Below are positions 52,001 through 64,000 of a stretch of 64,000 nucleotides of DNA, piece after piece (the first letter of the stretch is position 1; every line of letters starts with the position of its first letter). The DNA comes from Dipteris shenzhenensis (taxonomy: Eukaryota): NCBI GenBank assembly GCA_047967505.1, contig CM106538.1. One strand, written 5' to 3'. The translations under genes and the position numbers were made by a program. Under the pieces are notes generated by a model. It was not told the origin of the DNA. It searched no databases and saw only the letters and a list, made by a program, of their open reading frames with translations.

Positions 52001-52988
52001 TGACTGCTAGTGAAAATAAAACCTGGGATGTCTCAAAACATGGGCATCACTACATAATCAAACTCAACAAGACAATCTACAAATATCTCTCTTTTGCCAC
52101 AACTCCAAAATCTCATCCAAGGATGGAGTAAGAGCCAGTCAACCCTTGCATTTCTTTGCAAAAATGAATCTTAGGAAACTTAACCTTAGCCAAAATGCCA
52201 CATGGCAATCAATGAGAAGGTCTTGGAAACTTTGAGAAATTCCTTCGAAGAGATGATAGAAAAACACAAAAAATCACGACTCCCTCGATTCTTCATGGAA
52301 TGGCAAGCAGCTTTGTAGGCATATGTTTCATGCAATCCCAGATCCAATGGTATAGACAACTCTGCAAATGGAGGCTTGGATGTTGAGTTTCCACTCACAT
52401 AGGAAATGACAGAATGAAGATGCCTGTAGAAAGAGCTTCACTACAGCTTCAAAAATTCACAGAATCAGAAGTACCTTCACAAGTAGAAGTTTTGGATCGC
52501 TTTGAATCCATTGGGAGTGTCTGAACTACAAATGGTGGCCTCGCTATGGAGATCCAACACACAAAATCCACGTAAAAAATTGAATTTCATCACTTTTTGC
52601 AAGAGCTGTAACTTTTCACTAAAAACTCGGAGGCTAGAGATGTAAAAGCAAAAAATGAAGTACTTAAAGTCTTCTACAATGTTCACTCAGATCTCAGGGA
52701 GAGACTCAGCTTCTATAGAAAGATATCTTCATCACAAGACATCTATTACTTTGCTCAAAAACATTATAATGTCTTTCATTACCACATGTATACTTATTTT
52801 GCTTAGTAACATTATTACTCATACTTACCTTGCTCATAAACATTATTAAAGACATCACCTGTATGCAGCAAGCTAAACCCCTGAAGCTAATTTTGTGTTG
52901 TGGAAGGAATTTTTTGGAACTTTTTGAATCAATATCACAGATTTGATGGGCACATTGGACACAAGACCAGCAACAAACTCACCAAAAC

Positions 52989-52993
<5 letters not shown>

Positions 52994-53022
<29 letters not shown>
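52994..53022. repeat. (GA)n microsatellite
   Basis: Directly visible. Confidence 0.95.
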
Positions 53023-53024
<2 letters not shown>

Positions 53025-53199
53025 CAAAGCACCATCCTCTTGCATAGGGTGAAAGATAAACAAACAGAGCGATGCAAGGAGGGAGAACGAGAGAGAAAGA
53101 GATAGAGAGGAGGTCATGGGGGGAAGAGACACAACGTGGAGGTCATTACCAATTTGCATTGCAGGATTGTTACAAGAAGACGTGGAGCTGAATTCAGTT

Positions 53200-54600
53200 A
53201 TGGGCTAGAATTTTTAATGTTCAAACATTCTACACTACAAAGCACTATTAAAAGCACCAACATAGCAATGTCCCGGGCATCACTTTTTGTAACACCTTAT
53301 CATGCATTCACCTGGTCCACATCAAGATTCGCCTGATCAAAATATCATTGGTATGTCTAGGAGCTCTGGAAATATCAAAGACATGTATGCCTCTCCATAA
53401 GATCTATAACTCCTCTATCAAAGGTGCCATGTACACGTCCATATTTTTGGCCTTGTACTTCCGTGGCACAAGCAGTGCAAGCATGAGGTGTCCCTTCTTT
53501 ATTGTTAGCCATGGTGGGATATTGTAATTCACCAAGACTATAGGCCATGTTAACTAAGATGTCGAGCATAACCCGAAAGGGTACATGCCATCCATGGCAA
53601 GCCCAAGATGTAAGTTGTATGGCTCCCTTGCAAAGTCTGGCCACTGATTGTCTATGTGCTTCCAAGTAGCCCAATCTGCAGGAATCCTCAATGTGTCATC
53701 AGCGAACCGATGTGTAGCATGCCAAGTCATCAACTTCGCTATGGATTTGCATTGAAACATGTGATGTATTCTAGCAATGATGGGAAAGTGTCTCAAGACC
53801 TTTATTAGACTCTGCTCACCCTGAAGTCATCTCTATATCATTGTTCCCCACACTCTAAACAACTAGACAAATCTCCATCCTCATGATAAAAGAGAATACA
53901 ATCATTATGACAAGCATGGATGGTATCATAATCCATACCCACCATTGTCAGCATCTTCTTTGCTTCATCTCTTGATGCGAGCATGGTATTTGGTGCAGGC
54001 AACATCTTCTGGAGCAACCTATCGTAATTCAAACATACATAGGCTTTGAATAATGAGAAACTATGATGATTCTCAAAACAAACAATGTCCAAATTATGAG
54101 ACAAATTAACGCAGGAGCTGACTTCATTAAGGCCGAGACACTTGTATCAAACCACCCATACTTTGCTTGTAGATTCAAGATTGAGAGACAAGCCCAAAGT
54201 TTTGACATCCCACCAAACTCATACAACCGTGTTGATTGCAACTCTCACATATTGGCCTCAAAATCGAACATCATGTGTACATGTGACGTAGTGCCCCTAA
54301 AAATAAAATCCATCATGTCCACCAAACACTCGTCATCATCTAGCACATTTGGGAGACTATCCTCCTACTCAAAGTGTGAAGGTATACATGCACCCTCGCC
54401 ACCCTCCTCATCCTATCTCAAGGTTTCTTGTAAATGTAAGATCATGTCTTAAGGTTTTGTGTAAAGTACACATGCAATATTAATCACAAACTCAAATAGC
54501 ATCGACTTACCTTTGACTATCACCACATACACTACCAATGATGGGTATTGGTGGAGGCTCCTTCCCATACATCTGGAAGTGGCATATGACAATACGGCAT
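53200..54600 (-). pseudogene. CACTA/En-Spm TnpD (Transposase_21-type) transposase relic
   Basis: IHACHNDCILF...CLECGE; RHFPIIARI...MTWH...WKHID..WPDFAREPYNLHLGLAMDGMYPF; NLQAKYGW.DTS. Confidence 0.9.
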
Positions 54601-55694
54601 TGATGTCATACTTCTTGCTTGCAATGAGTGCAATGATAATATAACCTCTCCATAAGCCACTTTGTGCTCTTGGGCATTGGCACATCATTTGATGAGCTTC
54701 CACTCTTCCCTTCCATCTGCACACCTCAAAAATCACAACACAAAATGCAAGGAAATCCACTCAAGATCCAAAAAATAGCCACCCATGAGCTTTTATGTCT
54801 ATTGCTAGATTTTGTGCCTTGTACCATTGGTAAATACCAACATCATAACCTGTTCCGTTGGTATATACAAATTCTTATAGGATATACAGAGTTGGTATAT
54901 ATCGATGGAGTAGTCTCGATATACATCGACCCTGGGAGCTAAAACCTGAAACCCGCACGTCACCACTCCTCACAACTCTATTGTAGGAAAGCAAAAAACT
55001 CTCCTCCTTCATTATATTTGGTGACCTCACTTTCGTCCGTCCTCTTTCCCACACTCCTCACCCCTACCTAGCCCCTCTGCCAACACTTGTGCTCCCTCTC
55101 CACCCTTCTCCCTCTCTGCTCATGTGAAAGGACGTTTTTCAAGAAGGTGTGTCTATTTAAGCAATGTAGGTTAATTTTTTATGATATTTCATTTTGTGAG
55201 TGTTGAAGCATGTTTGCATTGATAAGCCCATGTGCTAATTTTCATGCTTGATTTTCAGAGTTGAAGGACCAAAAACGAGATTTGGTGAAAGAAAGAAGGC
55301 TCACTCTTCTTTTTTTGGTATTTCTCTACTTTCACTTTCCCTTCCTTTCGTGCTTTCTCCTTGTTTGTAGGCTTCTCTTTGTCCCCCCAATCCAATCCCT
55401 TTGGCCTAGTTGCTTTTCCAAACTCCTCCTTTCCTTAATTAGTTATCTAAAAAATGGTATGTTTTCTCTCTTTTGTAGGGCCAATACACGAAACACCTCC
55501 TCTTCTGAGTGGGATTTTTCTAGGTAAGAAAGTGCTTCCTCTCTTTTCCTATTTCTCTTTTTGTGATTGCATTGGCTTGCAGCTAGCTGTAGTGATGGGC
55601 GTAGGAACCCTCTCTTCCCCTCTCTTCTCTTATTTCCTCTCTTATTTCCTCTTCTTCTCCCTCTTTTCCCCCCCTTTCCCTCCCTCTTCCTCCC

Positions 55695-56220
55695 TGTTAA
55701 CAGATTGGTTAACAATATGCCACCGCTGGTTTAGTAATGTGATTTGATGGACAGTGGCAAGTCCATAGAGCCAAGATTATGTCTTGGGGCCCAAGAGGAT
55801 GGTAAAAGAATGAGAAGGAAGAGTGCTCTAAAGAGATTAGGGTTGGCCCTCCCTTCAAAAGGTGACTTGTATAAAAGGCCAAATGGTTGACTTTGGTTTT
55901 CATTGTTGTTTGCACAAGTTTGAATACAAGCTCCCTCTTCTCTTCCAAGAGTGTTTTGGGTGTTCCCTTGTTTCCATTGTAGTGCCCTTGTGTTTGCCAC
56001 TCCATCCCCCTTCACTCTCCTCTTCCCTTCTCCGTCTCCCTGCCTTATCCCCTCTCTTCTCCCCCCTCTCCCTTCCCTCTTTCTCTCGTAGAAACACATT
56101 GCAATAATCTGGAGGCCGCTTGAGTGACACATGCGGATGGCTTGTGCCTTGCATTTCTCTCACACGGAGTAGCTTGGAGCGGAGGCTCCATTGGAGTGGA
56201 GTCACCGTCGAGACCACACA
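55695..56220 (+). repeat. 5' LTR of gypsy 2
   Basis: TGTTAACAG...CCACACA; matches 63457-63997. Confidence 0.93.
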
Positions 56221-56224
56221 TTTT

Positions 56225-56242
56225 TGGCATCATTGCCAAGGA
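56225..56242 (+). other. PBS of gypsy 2 (decayed tRNA-Asp type)
   Basis: TGGCATCATTGCCAAGGA after the LTR and a short T run. Confidence 0.72.
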
Positions 56243-56624
56243 ATGGAGGTATGCTTTTGCATTACACTTGTCTTCCTTTGTTATCTACCCATTGCACAAA
56301 GCTTCAAGCTTAACTTGGAGCTTTGTTAGTGGAGTTGTAGGAGAGGAAAGGGTGAAGAAGTGAGAGTTTTGGACAGAAAAGTTAGGAAAGCTATCATTTC
56401 TATTGGAGAGTCTGTTTGATCATTTGAAGCTTGTTTTTCATGTTTTTTAGTGTTTTGAGTTGGTGGGAAGATAGTTTGTAAGATTGCTAAGGAGTGTATG
56501 ATGTCTAAACACACAAAAAACAACAAAAATTGATGATCTGATTGAATTTCAAAGTTGTTTTGTGTGGTAAAACTCACCCCCAAGAAATCTTGCATTTTGG
56601 CTTGCAAAAGTTGTTTTTCTTGCC

Positions 56625-57010
56625 TTAGCTCTATCCCGCCGGTCAAATAGGCATCGACTCATTGCCATAGCTCTATCCCACCGGCCATTGCCTTAACTCT
56701 ATCCCACCAATGGTTGCCTTAACTCTATCCCGCTGATCAAACTTGCATTGACCCATTGCTTTAACTCTATCCCGCCGACTATTGCCTTAACCCTATCCCA
56801 CCGATTTGCTATCCCCACGGCTCATTGCCATAACTCTATCCCCATGAGTCATTGCCATAGCCCTATCCCCATGGTTCATCACCATAACCCTATCCCCACG
56901 GCCGTAGGGATAGCTTTGGGAACACAAAAATCAAGAAAAAGCAGACGAAAATTGGGACCCCGAGAATCAAGAAATGATGAAATTTGCATGCATTGCCATA
57001 GCCCTATCAA
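56625..57010 (+). repeat. Tandem repeat array in the 5' leader of gypsy 2
   Basis: About ten units of TTGCC(A/T)TA(G/A)C(T/C)CTATCCC. A related array lies at about 36080-36855 in gypsy 1. Confidence 0.88.
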
Positions 57011-57080
57011 GCAAGCCCCTTGACCCTACGTTGAGGCGGACTCAACCTAGAATTGAGGCCTCAACCGTGCCAATGAACAC

Positions 57081-60000
57081 ATGATCTTGAGATCAGGAAG
57101 ATTCCTACAAGATCAAATTGAGCCTAAAGACAGTGCCTCAAATACCATATTGTCGACCTCCATACCTACCTTGGCATCCTTAGGGTCAGTAAGCTCAAAA
57201 GTCAGTTCTCACTCATTGCAAGATCCACCACCAGGTGATTTATCTAGCTCAGAGGAGTCCCTGAGTCAGGATAGAGACATGGGTGAACCCTCCAATGTTA
57301 GAGTCTCAGTAGCCTACAGGGGACATACCATCCCTAAAGGACCTCCAGTCCAACCTATTAGGCCCAACCTGATCCAAGTCACAATGCCAATCCCTAGTGG
57401 GCCTGGATCCTCCCATCCCAACCTTGTGGCATTTAATCCATGGAACCCTTCATCAAGACCACCAATGTATAGGACAGGGCCCACCATTCCACAAGCTCCT
57501 CCTACATCGCAAATGCCTATATCGCAAACGGTCCTTACAGACGAAGCTATGAGAATCCTAGTGCAAGCACTAGGAAGGGGGCCGCCGCTCCACCACCAAT
57601 GTTTCTAGGAAGAGATAACAACCCCTCAAGGAGTAAGCCTATCACAATCTCCAAGCTAATCACCAAGTTTGTAGGAGAAGGAGAACCAGTCTCCCATGCT
57701 GAGAGATTTGAACAAATTTGTGAGACCATTGGTGATATTGGGGATGTAGACAAGGTCAATGCTTTTAGCTTGAGTCTTGATGGCAAGGATGGACAATGGT
57801 TTAGAGCCTTAAACCCAGAGGAGAAAATAAATCAAGACACTTTGCATAAATCTTTCATTGTGGGGTTAGCCCCAAGTGGTCCCAAGTGGAGCCCGCTTAA
57901 CCAGCTTTATGAGGTGAAGCAAAAGGACACTAAGTCCTTAAGAGTCTACATTACTAGGATTAAGCATATGAACTCGTGATGTGAATCCCACGAGAGGATG
58001 AGTGATGTGCAACTTCTACCATGCTTCCTCATAGGGCTACAACATGCTAAGCTGCATGATCATTTGTTTGGTATGAATCCCACATCGTTTTGAGCTATGT
58101 AGCAAGACGGCGATACACCCAGGGGATAACATGAGGGAGATCCCCCAAAAGGATAGATCCTTAGGTTCCTCTGATATGTCCCAAATAGCACAGGCTTCAA
58201 TCAATCTCAGAAGCAACTAGGGATGCAAGCATTATGGCCAAGGTTCTCAACATGGAAGAGTTGGCCACAGATCTATTAAACAAATTGAGCCAACAATGGA
58301 AGATAGAAGCACCAAAAGATGCTCCTAGTAACCCACATCTATTTTCACAAAGGGATAGCATACGGTGTGGGGTATGCACTGGAAATCATCCCACTAAGGA
58401 ATGCCCTTGTCTTAGAGCCAGGCTAACACTCTACTATGCCCATTATGTTCATTGGGGAAGTCACGACACATCCCAATGTCATTATCCTAGGGTGATTCCT
58501 CAACCCACGTATCAACAAAGGCTACATCTACCATTGCCTGCACCACCCAATCCATCCAATGAGGCACAATTGGCAATACAAGGAGCCACATCATCCAATC
58601 AAGGGCAATTTAGTGCTCAAAATATTCCATTACCCCCACCAGTACTGAGACCCCAACCACCACCTCCACGAATTACTCCCTTGAATCAAGTATTGGTGGA
58701 AGAGCTACCTAGTGATTGGGGAGACCCCAAACCTACCTACAGTGGATACAACTATCCCCAAAATGGTGACAATGCAAATCAGTCTAGCATTATAAGTCAC
58801 CACCTTAAACAAGGTGACCAATATATTCCGGTTTACTAGACATCACCAATTCCTTAAAAAATGGGTTATACAAACATCGGGGAAATCAAAGTAGCCAATC
58901 ACATGTGCACCAGCATCTAATACACCACTGCCATAATGCACTGGGTGTGGTGTGGACCATCTTTTTAAGGATTGCTCAATGAGAATGCCATCTAAGTCCA
59001 CAAGCCTTAACTTGTTAAGCATTGAGAAAGGCCAAGTGTCATCAATATCCTTGAATGTAATCACGAGGTTACTTAAAGCCCTTAATAAAGAGCTTCACAA
59101 ACAAGCCAAAAGGGATAAAGCCAGCATGTCATAGCCTAGAGAGGCAACTGAATCAACATGAGTAAGCACCAAGGGTGCAACAAAGATTGGGAAGGGAAAA
59201 AATAAGGTCATCATCCAAGATGGGTGGGATGAAGATACAGCCTCCCTAGCAACATTATCTTCATCTAGTGATACTCTCTCAAATGGTACCAACAACAACC
59301 ACTCACATGAGGGAAATGAGGCAACACTAATGGCTTCAGCCCATGGCCAAGCTACAACACCTAAGGGTTAGGTGAATATACCAATTCATGGGTGGGGAAA
59401 CTGTGGGGGTTAAAGGTCATTGTGCCTTTACCCCAGTTATGTACAATACTCAAACACATATATAAATGAATGAAAAAGAAGATTAGGCGTTTTTGCACCC
59501 ACCAAAACTTTTTTGGCTCTCTATCTCTCTCTCTCTCCTTCTTCCATTCTTGCTTCCGTTGAGAGCACTCTCAGAAACAAGGTCTCAATGAGATGCATAA
59601 ATTGGTACACAAGTGCCAAGAGGAATGTCAGCAGAGTCTCAAGCCAAGCAAGAATACTAATATAATTCATCCTAAACATGGGATAAATGCTCGAGCCTCA
59701 AAAGCCTTACAAATACATAAAGGGTAGAGGAAGAAGGTGTGTCATGCCCTTCAACAGAGGGATCCACCCTAATGCAACAGATGTTTGAAGAAGACCCCAC
59801 CTTGCAACAACTAAAGGAGGAAGACAACATGCCCTTATATGGATTAGAAGGGTCTAAATCAATAGGCATGGAATCTATCATTGGTCCCTGTGACATCGTA
59901 GGATTAGCCTCATTCCTATCCACTGAGATCAAGGTGCCCATCATGACACTATTATAGGGTAATCCTACTCTATGGAGAGACCTCTTAGATTGGATGAATG

Positions 60001-60534
60001 GGCAAATAGTGACACCCCAACCCAAAAATCCTGATAATGTTGAATCTCCCAATCATGCTCAAGACCTTGCAAGGGTGCCAGTCAACGAATTAGGCCAATA
60101 TTTTGAGAATGATGACATGAATGCAGTGTTACCCATATTCTTTCTTGATAAGAAAACTATGGCAATCTTAGACAGAGGAGTAGGTGTTAGCATTATCTTG
60201 GAAGAATACTGGGAAAAGTGGGGAAGTCCCAACCGAGAAAGTACTTCCTTGGAAGTTGGTAGTTAAATTAGCTGATGGAGGCACGACTCATCCCATAGGA
60301 GTACTCAAGGACATTAAAATCAAAACCTTTGGTCTCACATATCGGGTGTGCCTTGTTGTAATGGATTTCCAAAACAACCCTAGGTATGAGGCTATTCTAG
60401 GGAGACCTTTCTTGCGTATGGTAGGATTGATCCATGATTGGCGCTCCAACAACATTAATCTAAGGAAAGATCAGCAAGTTAGATCTTCAAACATGGAAGG
60501 CTCACAGTATGTCCAAAAATCTATTTGTAGCTGA
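57081..60534 (+). pseudogene. Gypsy 2 gag and aspartic protease, degenerate
   Basis: MILRSGR start; FSLSLDGKDGQWF; zinc knuckle CGVCTGNHPTKEC; PR AILDRGVGVSII...VKLADG...EAILGRPFL. Confidence 0.88.
59367..59678. mobile_element. ~310 bp insertion in the gypsy 2 gag-PR linker, solo-LTR-like
   Basis: Imperfect inverted ends GTTAGGTGAATATA / TATAATTCATCCTAAACA, TATA-like and CT-rich interior. It interrupts the coding-like sequence. No clean TSD found. Confidence 0.45.
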
Positions 60535-63443
60535 ATCAGATACCACCAATAGGTCTGTGTCGGTAAAGTTGGTTTAAAAAATATGAGAAAGAAGAGTCTT
60601 GATAAACCTTGGTGTGATCCTTTACCAAAACTAGAATAATCACTTGATTGGATGCATACACTGGCGACAATAGATCTACCAACTACTGAGGGCACTCAGA
60701 CGATGTACCTTGATGACGGACAACTTAACTCCATTACAACTTTTTACACCATAAGAGCAGTACTACCTAATCAAGGAATTGAAAGTTCCCTTGATCCTGA
60801 CAAGATAGATATGACTCCATCTCAACTTTGGGTAGAGCTGACATCAATAGGTGTAACATACTAAATACAAACCATGGTAGATGGGCGAGCAGGCCACAAC
60901 CTCATCTCCTGGAGACATTAAAGCATCTTGGCCAGGTACGCCTTCAAGTATGTGATTTTGAAATTCAATCCATAGGGGGTACCTCTATTAAGGTTATTGG
61001 TTCTTTAATGTTGAATGTCTCCTTGGACAATTAAGCAACCAAGCAAATATGGGTCCAAAAGAATCCATTGAAGGCTCAAGGATACTTTGAGGGTGAATCA
61101 TATTTTTGGATTCCAAAGAAACCTCAACATATAAATCCACCCCCTCCTCTAAACATCAAGCCTCACCATCACCAGCCACCTCATCATGTAAACAACAAAC
61201 CTCAACATCAAAGAAGAAGATGATGCCATCCAACAAGGAAGGTACATTACCAATGGGTTCCCACAAGACTACTACTCGAGGCCCAGGGATATTACTTTGG
61301 CAACTCTTATATATGGGTACCCAAGCCTTGCTAGAGAAATCAACAACCCATTCATGCTTGCCCCAAGCCTAAATGCACACCAGCACCATCACAAAATCAG
61401 GAGCAAAGCCCCAAATCTAGCAATACAAAAGCATCAATGAGTGTAGATGCACCATTAGTAGTCACATAAGAACCTGATCTACAAAGATGCCATGAGCAGT
61501 GAGAACCTGCTTGCAAGGATAAGGGAAAAGCACCAATGTAGGAGGACCATATGTAAAGGAATTCATCTACCTCCTCTCGAGTAGTTACACGAGAAACTAT
61601 CTCAAAAAGGGAGATAGTAACACAAGAACCTACTCGATTGCAAGTCTACCAGAAGGGATGTCAATTTATTGCATCATCTTCAAGGCAACTAGTAGAAACA
61701 TAAGAACGTGTCTTGAAAAAAGAGACGGTAACACAAGAACCTACCAAGAGAAATGTTGAATCCATGTTGGGAGCCTCACAAGAACTTCTTATTGAGAAAT
61801 TTGGCATCTATCATTAGGGTTGCTATGCAAGAATCGACCACACAAGTAATGCCCATCACAACGAAAGTCCCACAAGAACCTTCCAATGTGAACAATGAAT
61901 TATCTTCATCCCTGACAACTTTCACATTGGGCTCAACAAAAGCAAAAGATCTCAGAGACATTGCAATCCTACTCACATTTGATACATAGAACACATATCA
62001 CTTTATTACGATGAGTATCATAGAAGTGGTACATGTGGGAGACTGCAATGCTCAATGATGCAACACTGACAATAAGAAACATGCCAAAAACAATAGATTC
62101 ACAAGAACTTGCTCCTAAAAATGGAGTAGCTCCACAAGAACCTACTGCTATAATCAAGGATCTCGAAGGACTTCAAGCAACGTTGCTGTCAATGGGATGA
62201 CAACTGCTTACCAAGAAAGATCTTCAGTGATGTCTTAGTGACTCTCCTTCCAAGTGATTATTAGACTTACATCAGGTTCCAAATAGCTATACAAGTCATA
62301 TTTCTCTGTTGGTCTACAAAATGATGTTCTTGCTAGGTCTGGGTCACAATTGGTAAATATGTCACATGTGGAAGTCCTAGGTGAAAATAGGCAGTCAATC
62401 CTCTTCAGATTCTCAACATGGCACACTCAAAAAATCATGAGTACATTAGCCCAATGGATCCTTGGTCGGGAAGATAAGCTACAAAAACTATGGAAAGTCA
62501 ATACACCAATCAGCATTAATAACACACCCCTTTAACAGAGCCAAAATAGAACACGGCATTCACTTATTCTTGAATTTGAGTTCACACATGGAATGGCAAG
62601 TGGTTCTACACAAGCAGCTCTTGAGGATGCATTTAACTCCGGGGTGAAGGTGATTACATAAATATGGTTTTGGATGAGTTTCTTGTGACTCTCAAAGTAG
62701 TTTTTTTCACATTCCTTTACTAACATCACCATTAACTATCTAACTTCTACTCATCCTCTTTTCTTTATTTTTCTTTTGTTTCAGTTCTAGCTTAGAAGCC
62801 TTTCCTAGAATCCCCCTTCTATAACCCTCTTCAACCATAGTCCTCATTTTAGGGATTTGTATGGTGTATTCTCAGACTCCTCGCAATTTAATGACTTAGA
62901 CAAATAAAGCTCTAGATGGTGCCACAACCTTATTGGACTCAAATACTTCCAAGCAAAGCCTTGAATGAAATGGATTTTAAAGAAACTTCGATATTGAGAA
63001 GCAAGACAAGATGTCATGCACAACTCCATACGTTCAAATGTGGCATGACAAAGACATAGTCTGATGACAATCCATTAGAAGTCCAACTCAAATCAAATAT
63101 GGGACTTAAGATGAGCATGAGAATGCACTTTACTTACTCTGCTAACACTAACACCACTAGGATATACATTCCCTACTAAGACCTTCTTCCTAATAACTTA
63201 CCCCTTAGATTTTTCTTTTCCTTTTTCTATTCCTTCTTTCACTCAAACCCTAAAGTGCTAGACGAATCACTCATCCATACTTCTAGCAAGCATTCCATCA
63301 CAAGGAGCCACTATATCCCTCTGCTACAACATACTGAAAGAAAATTCATCCTAGTACACACAAAAGACTACTTCTCATTATCTTCATTGACAACACTTCA
63401 ACAACTAGGAACGTTACACGATCTAGAGGACTGGATTGAAATT

Positions 63444-63456
63444 AGAAAGGGGGGCA
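63444..63456 (+). other. Polypurine tract of gypsy 2
   Basis: AGAAAGGGGGGCA directly before the 3' LTR. Confidence 0.88.
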
Positions 63457-63997
63457 TGTTAACAGATTGGTTAACAATATGCCACCCTTGGTTAAGTGAT
63501 GTGATTTGATGGATAGTGGCAAGTCCGTAGAGCCAGGATTATGTCTTGGAGCTAGATGGCCCAAGAGGATGGTAAAAGATGAGAAGGGAGAGTGGTATAA
63601 AGAGATTAGGGTTGGCCCTCCCTTCAAAAGGTGACTTGTATAAAAGGCCAAATGGTTGATTTTAGTCTTCATTATTGTTTGCACAAGTTTGAATACAAGC
63701 TCCCGTTTTGGGTGTTCCCTTGTTTCCATTGTAGTTCCCTTGTGTTTGCCACTCCATCCCCCTTCACTCTTCTCTTCCCTTCTCCTTCTCCCTCCCTTAT
63801 TCCCTCTCTTCTCCCCTCTTCCCCTTCCCTGTTTCTCTCGTGGAAACACATTGCAACTAGGGCCGGAGGCCGCTTGAGTGACACATGCGGACAGCTCATG
63901 CCTTGCATTACTCTCAGAAGGAGTAGCTTGGAGTGGAGGTTCCATCGGCATCTCTTCAATATCCCCACAACACGTGAGTCACTGTCGAGACCACACA
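63457..63997 (+). repeat. 3' LTR of gypsy 2
   Basis: Matches 55695-56220. Confidence 0.93.
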
Positions 63998-64000
63998 CTC

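Larger units (their letters stand above)
55695..63997 (+). mobile_element. Non-autonomous Athila-like gypsy element 2 (gag and protease retained, no RT/RH/IN recognised)
   Basis: LTRs at 55695-56220 and 63457-63997. Left flank CTCCC and right flank CTC (window end), consistent with a TSD. PBS and PPT present. Gag and PR are homologous to gypsy 1. Confidence 0.88.

Noticed and set aside
55120-55694. Possible LTR of another element hosting gypsy 2
   Set aside because: The composition is LTR-like, but no partner repeat, PBS or PPT is verifiable inside the window.
56625-57010. Repeat-spacer look resembling a CRISPR array (also 43480-43912)
   Set aside because: The repeats are degenerate, the spacers are short and related to each other, there are no cas genes, and the context is eukaryotic TE sequence.

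Overview
Gene-free, transposon-saturated eukaryotic DNA, most likely from a large land-plant genome. The family mix and the many CG/CHG-type stop codons suggest a fern or lycophyte (inference). No intact host gene, RNA gene or CRISPR array was seen; almost every coding region is a decayed TE relic. From left to right: (1) a Ty1/copia element (1-5533, minus). (2) A ~10 kb Penelope-like retroelement with a telomerase-related RT of the N-terminal-endonuclease (Naiad/Chlamys) type, bounded by (CA)n tracts and carrying nested insertions (6885-16911). (3) A second, 3'-truncated tandem copy of it (17010-39823), split by a 20 kb Athila-like Ty3/gypsy element (18139-38512) that itself holds two truncated copia elements. 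(4) A Helitron2/Helentron-like Rep-helicase relic followed by a GIY-YIG nuclease (44.4-47.7 kb). (5) Another copia and a CACTA transposase relic. (6) An RT-less relative of the Athila-like element (55695-63997). The most unusual signals are the giant microsatellite-associated PLE, the Helitron plus GIY-YIG arrangement, and a second aspartic-protease domain in both gypsy elements (fused behind integrase in the complete one). All calls come from motif reading by eye; no database search was run.
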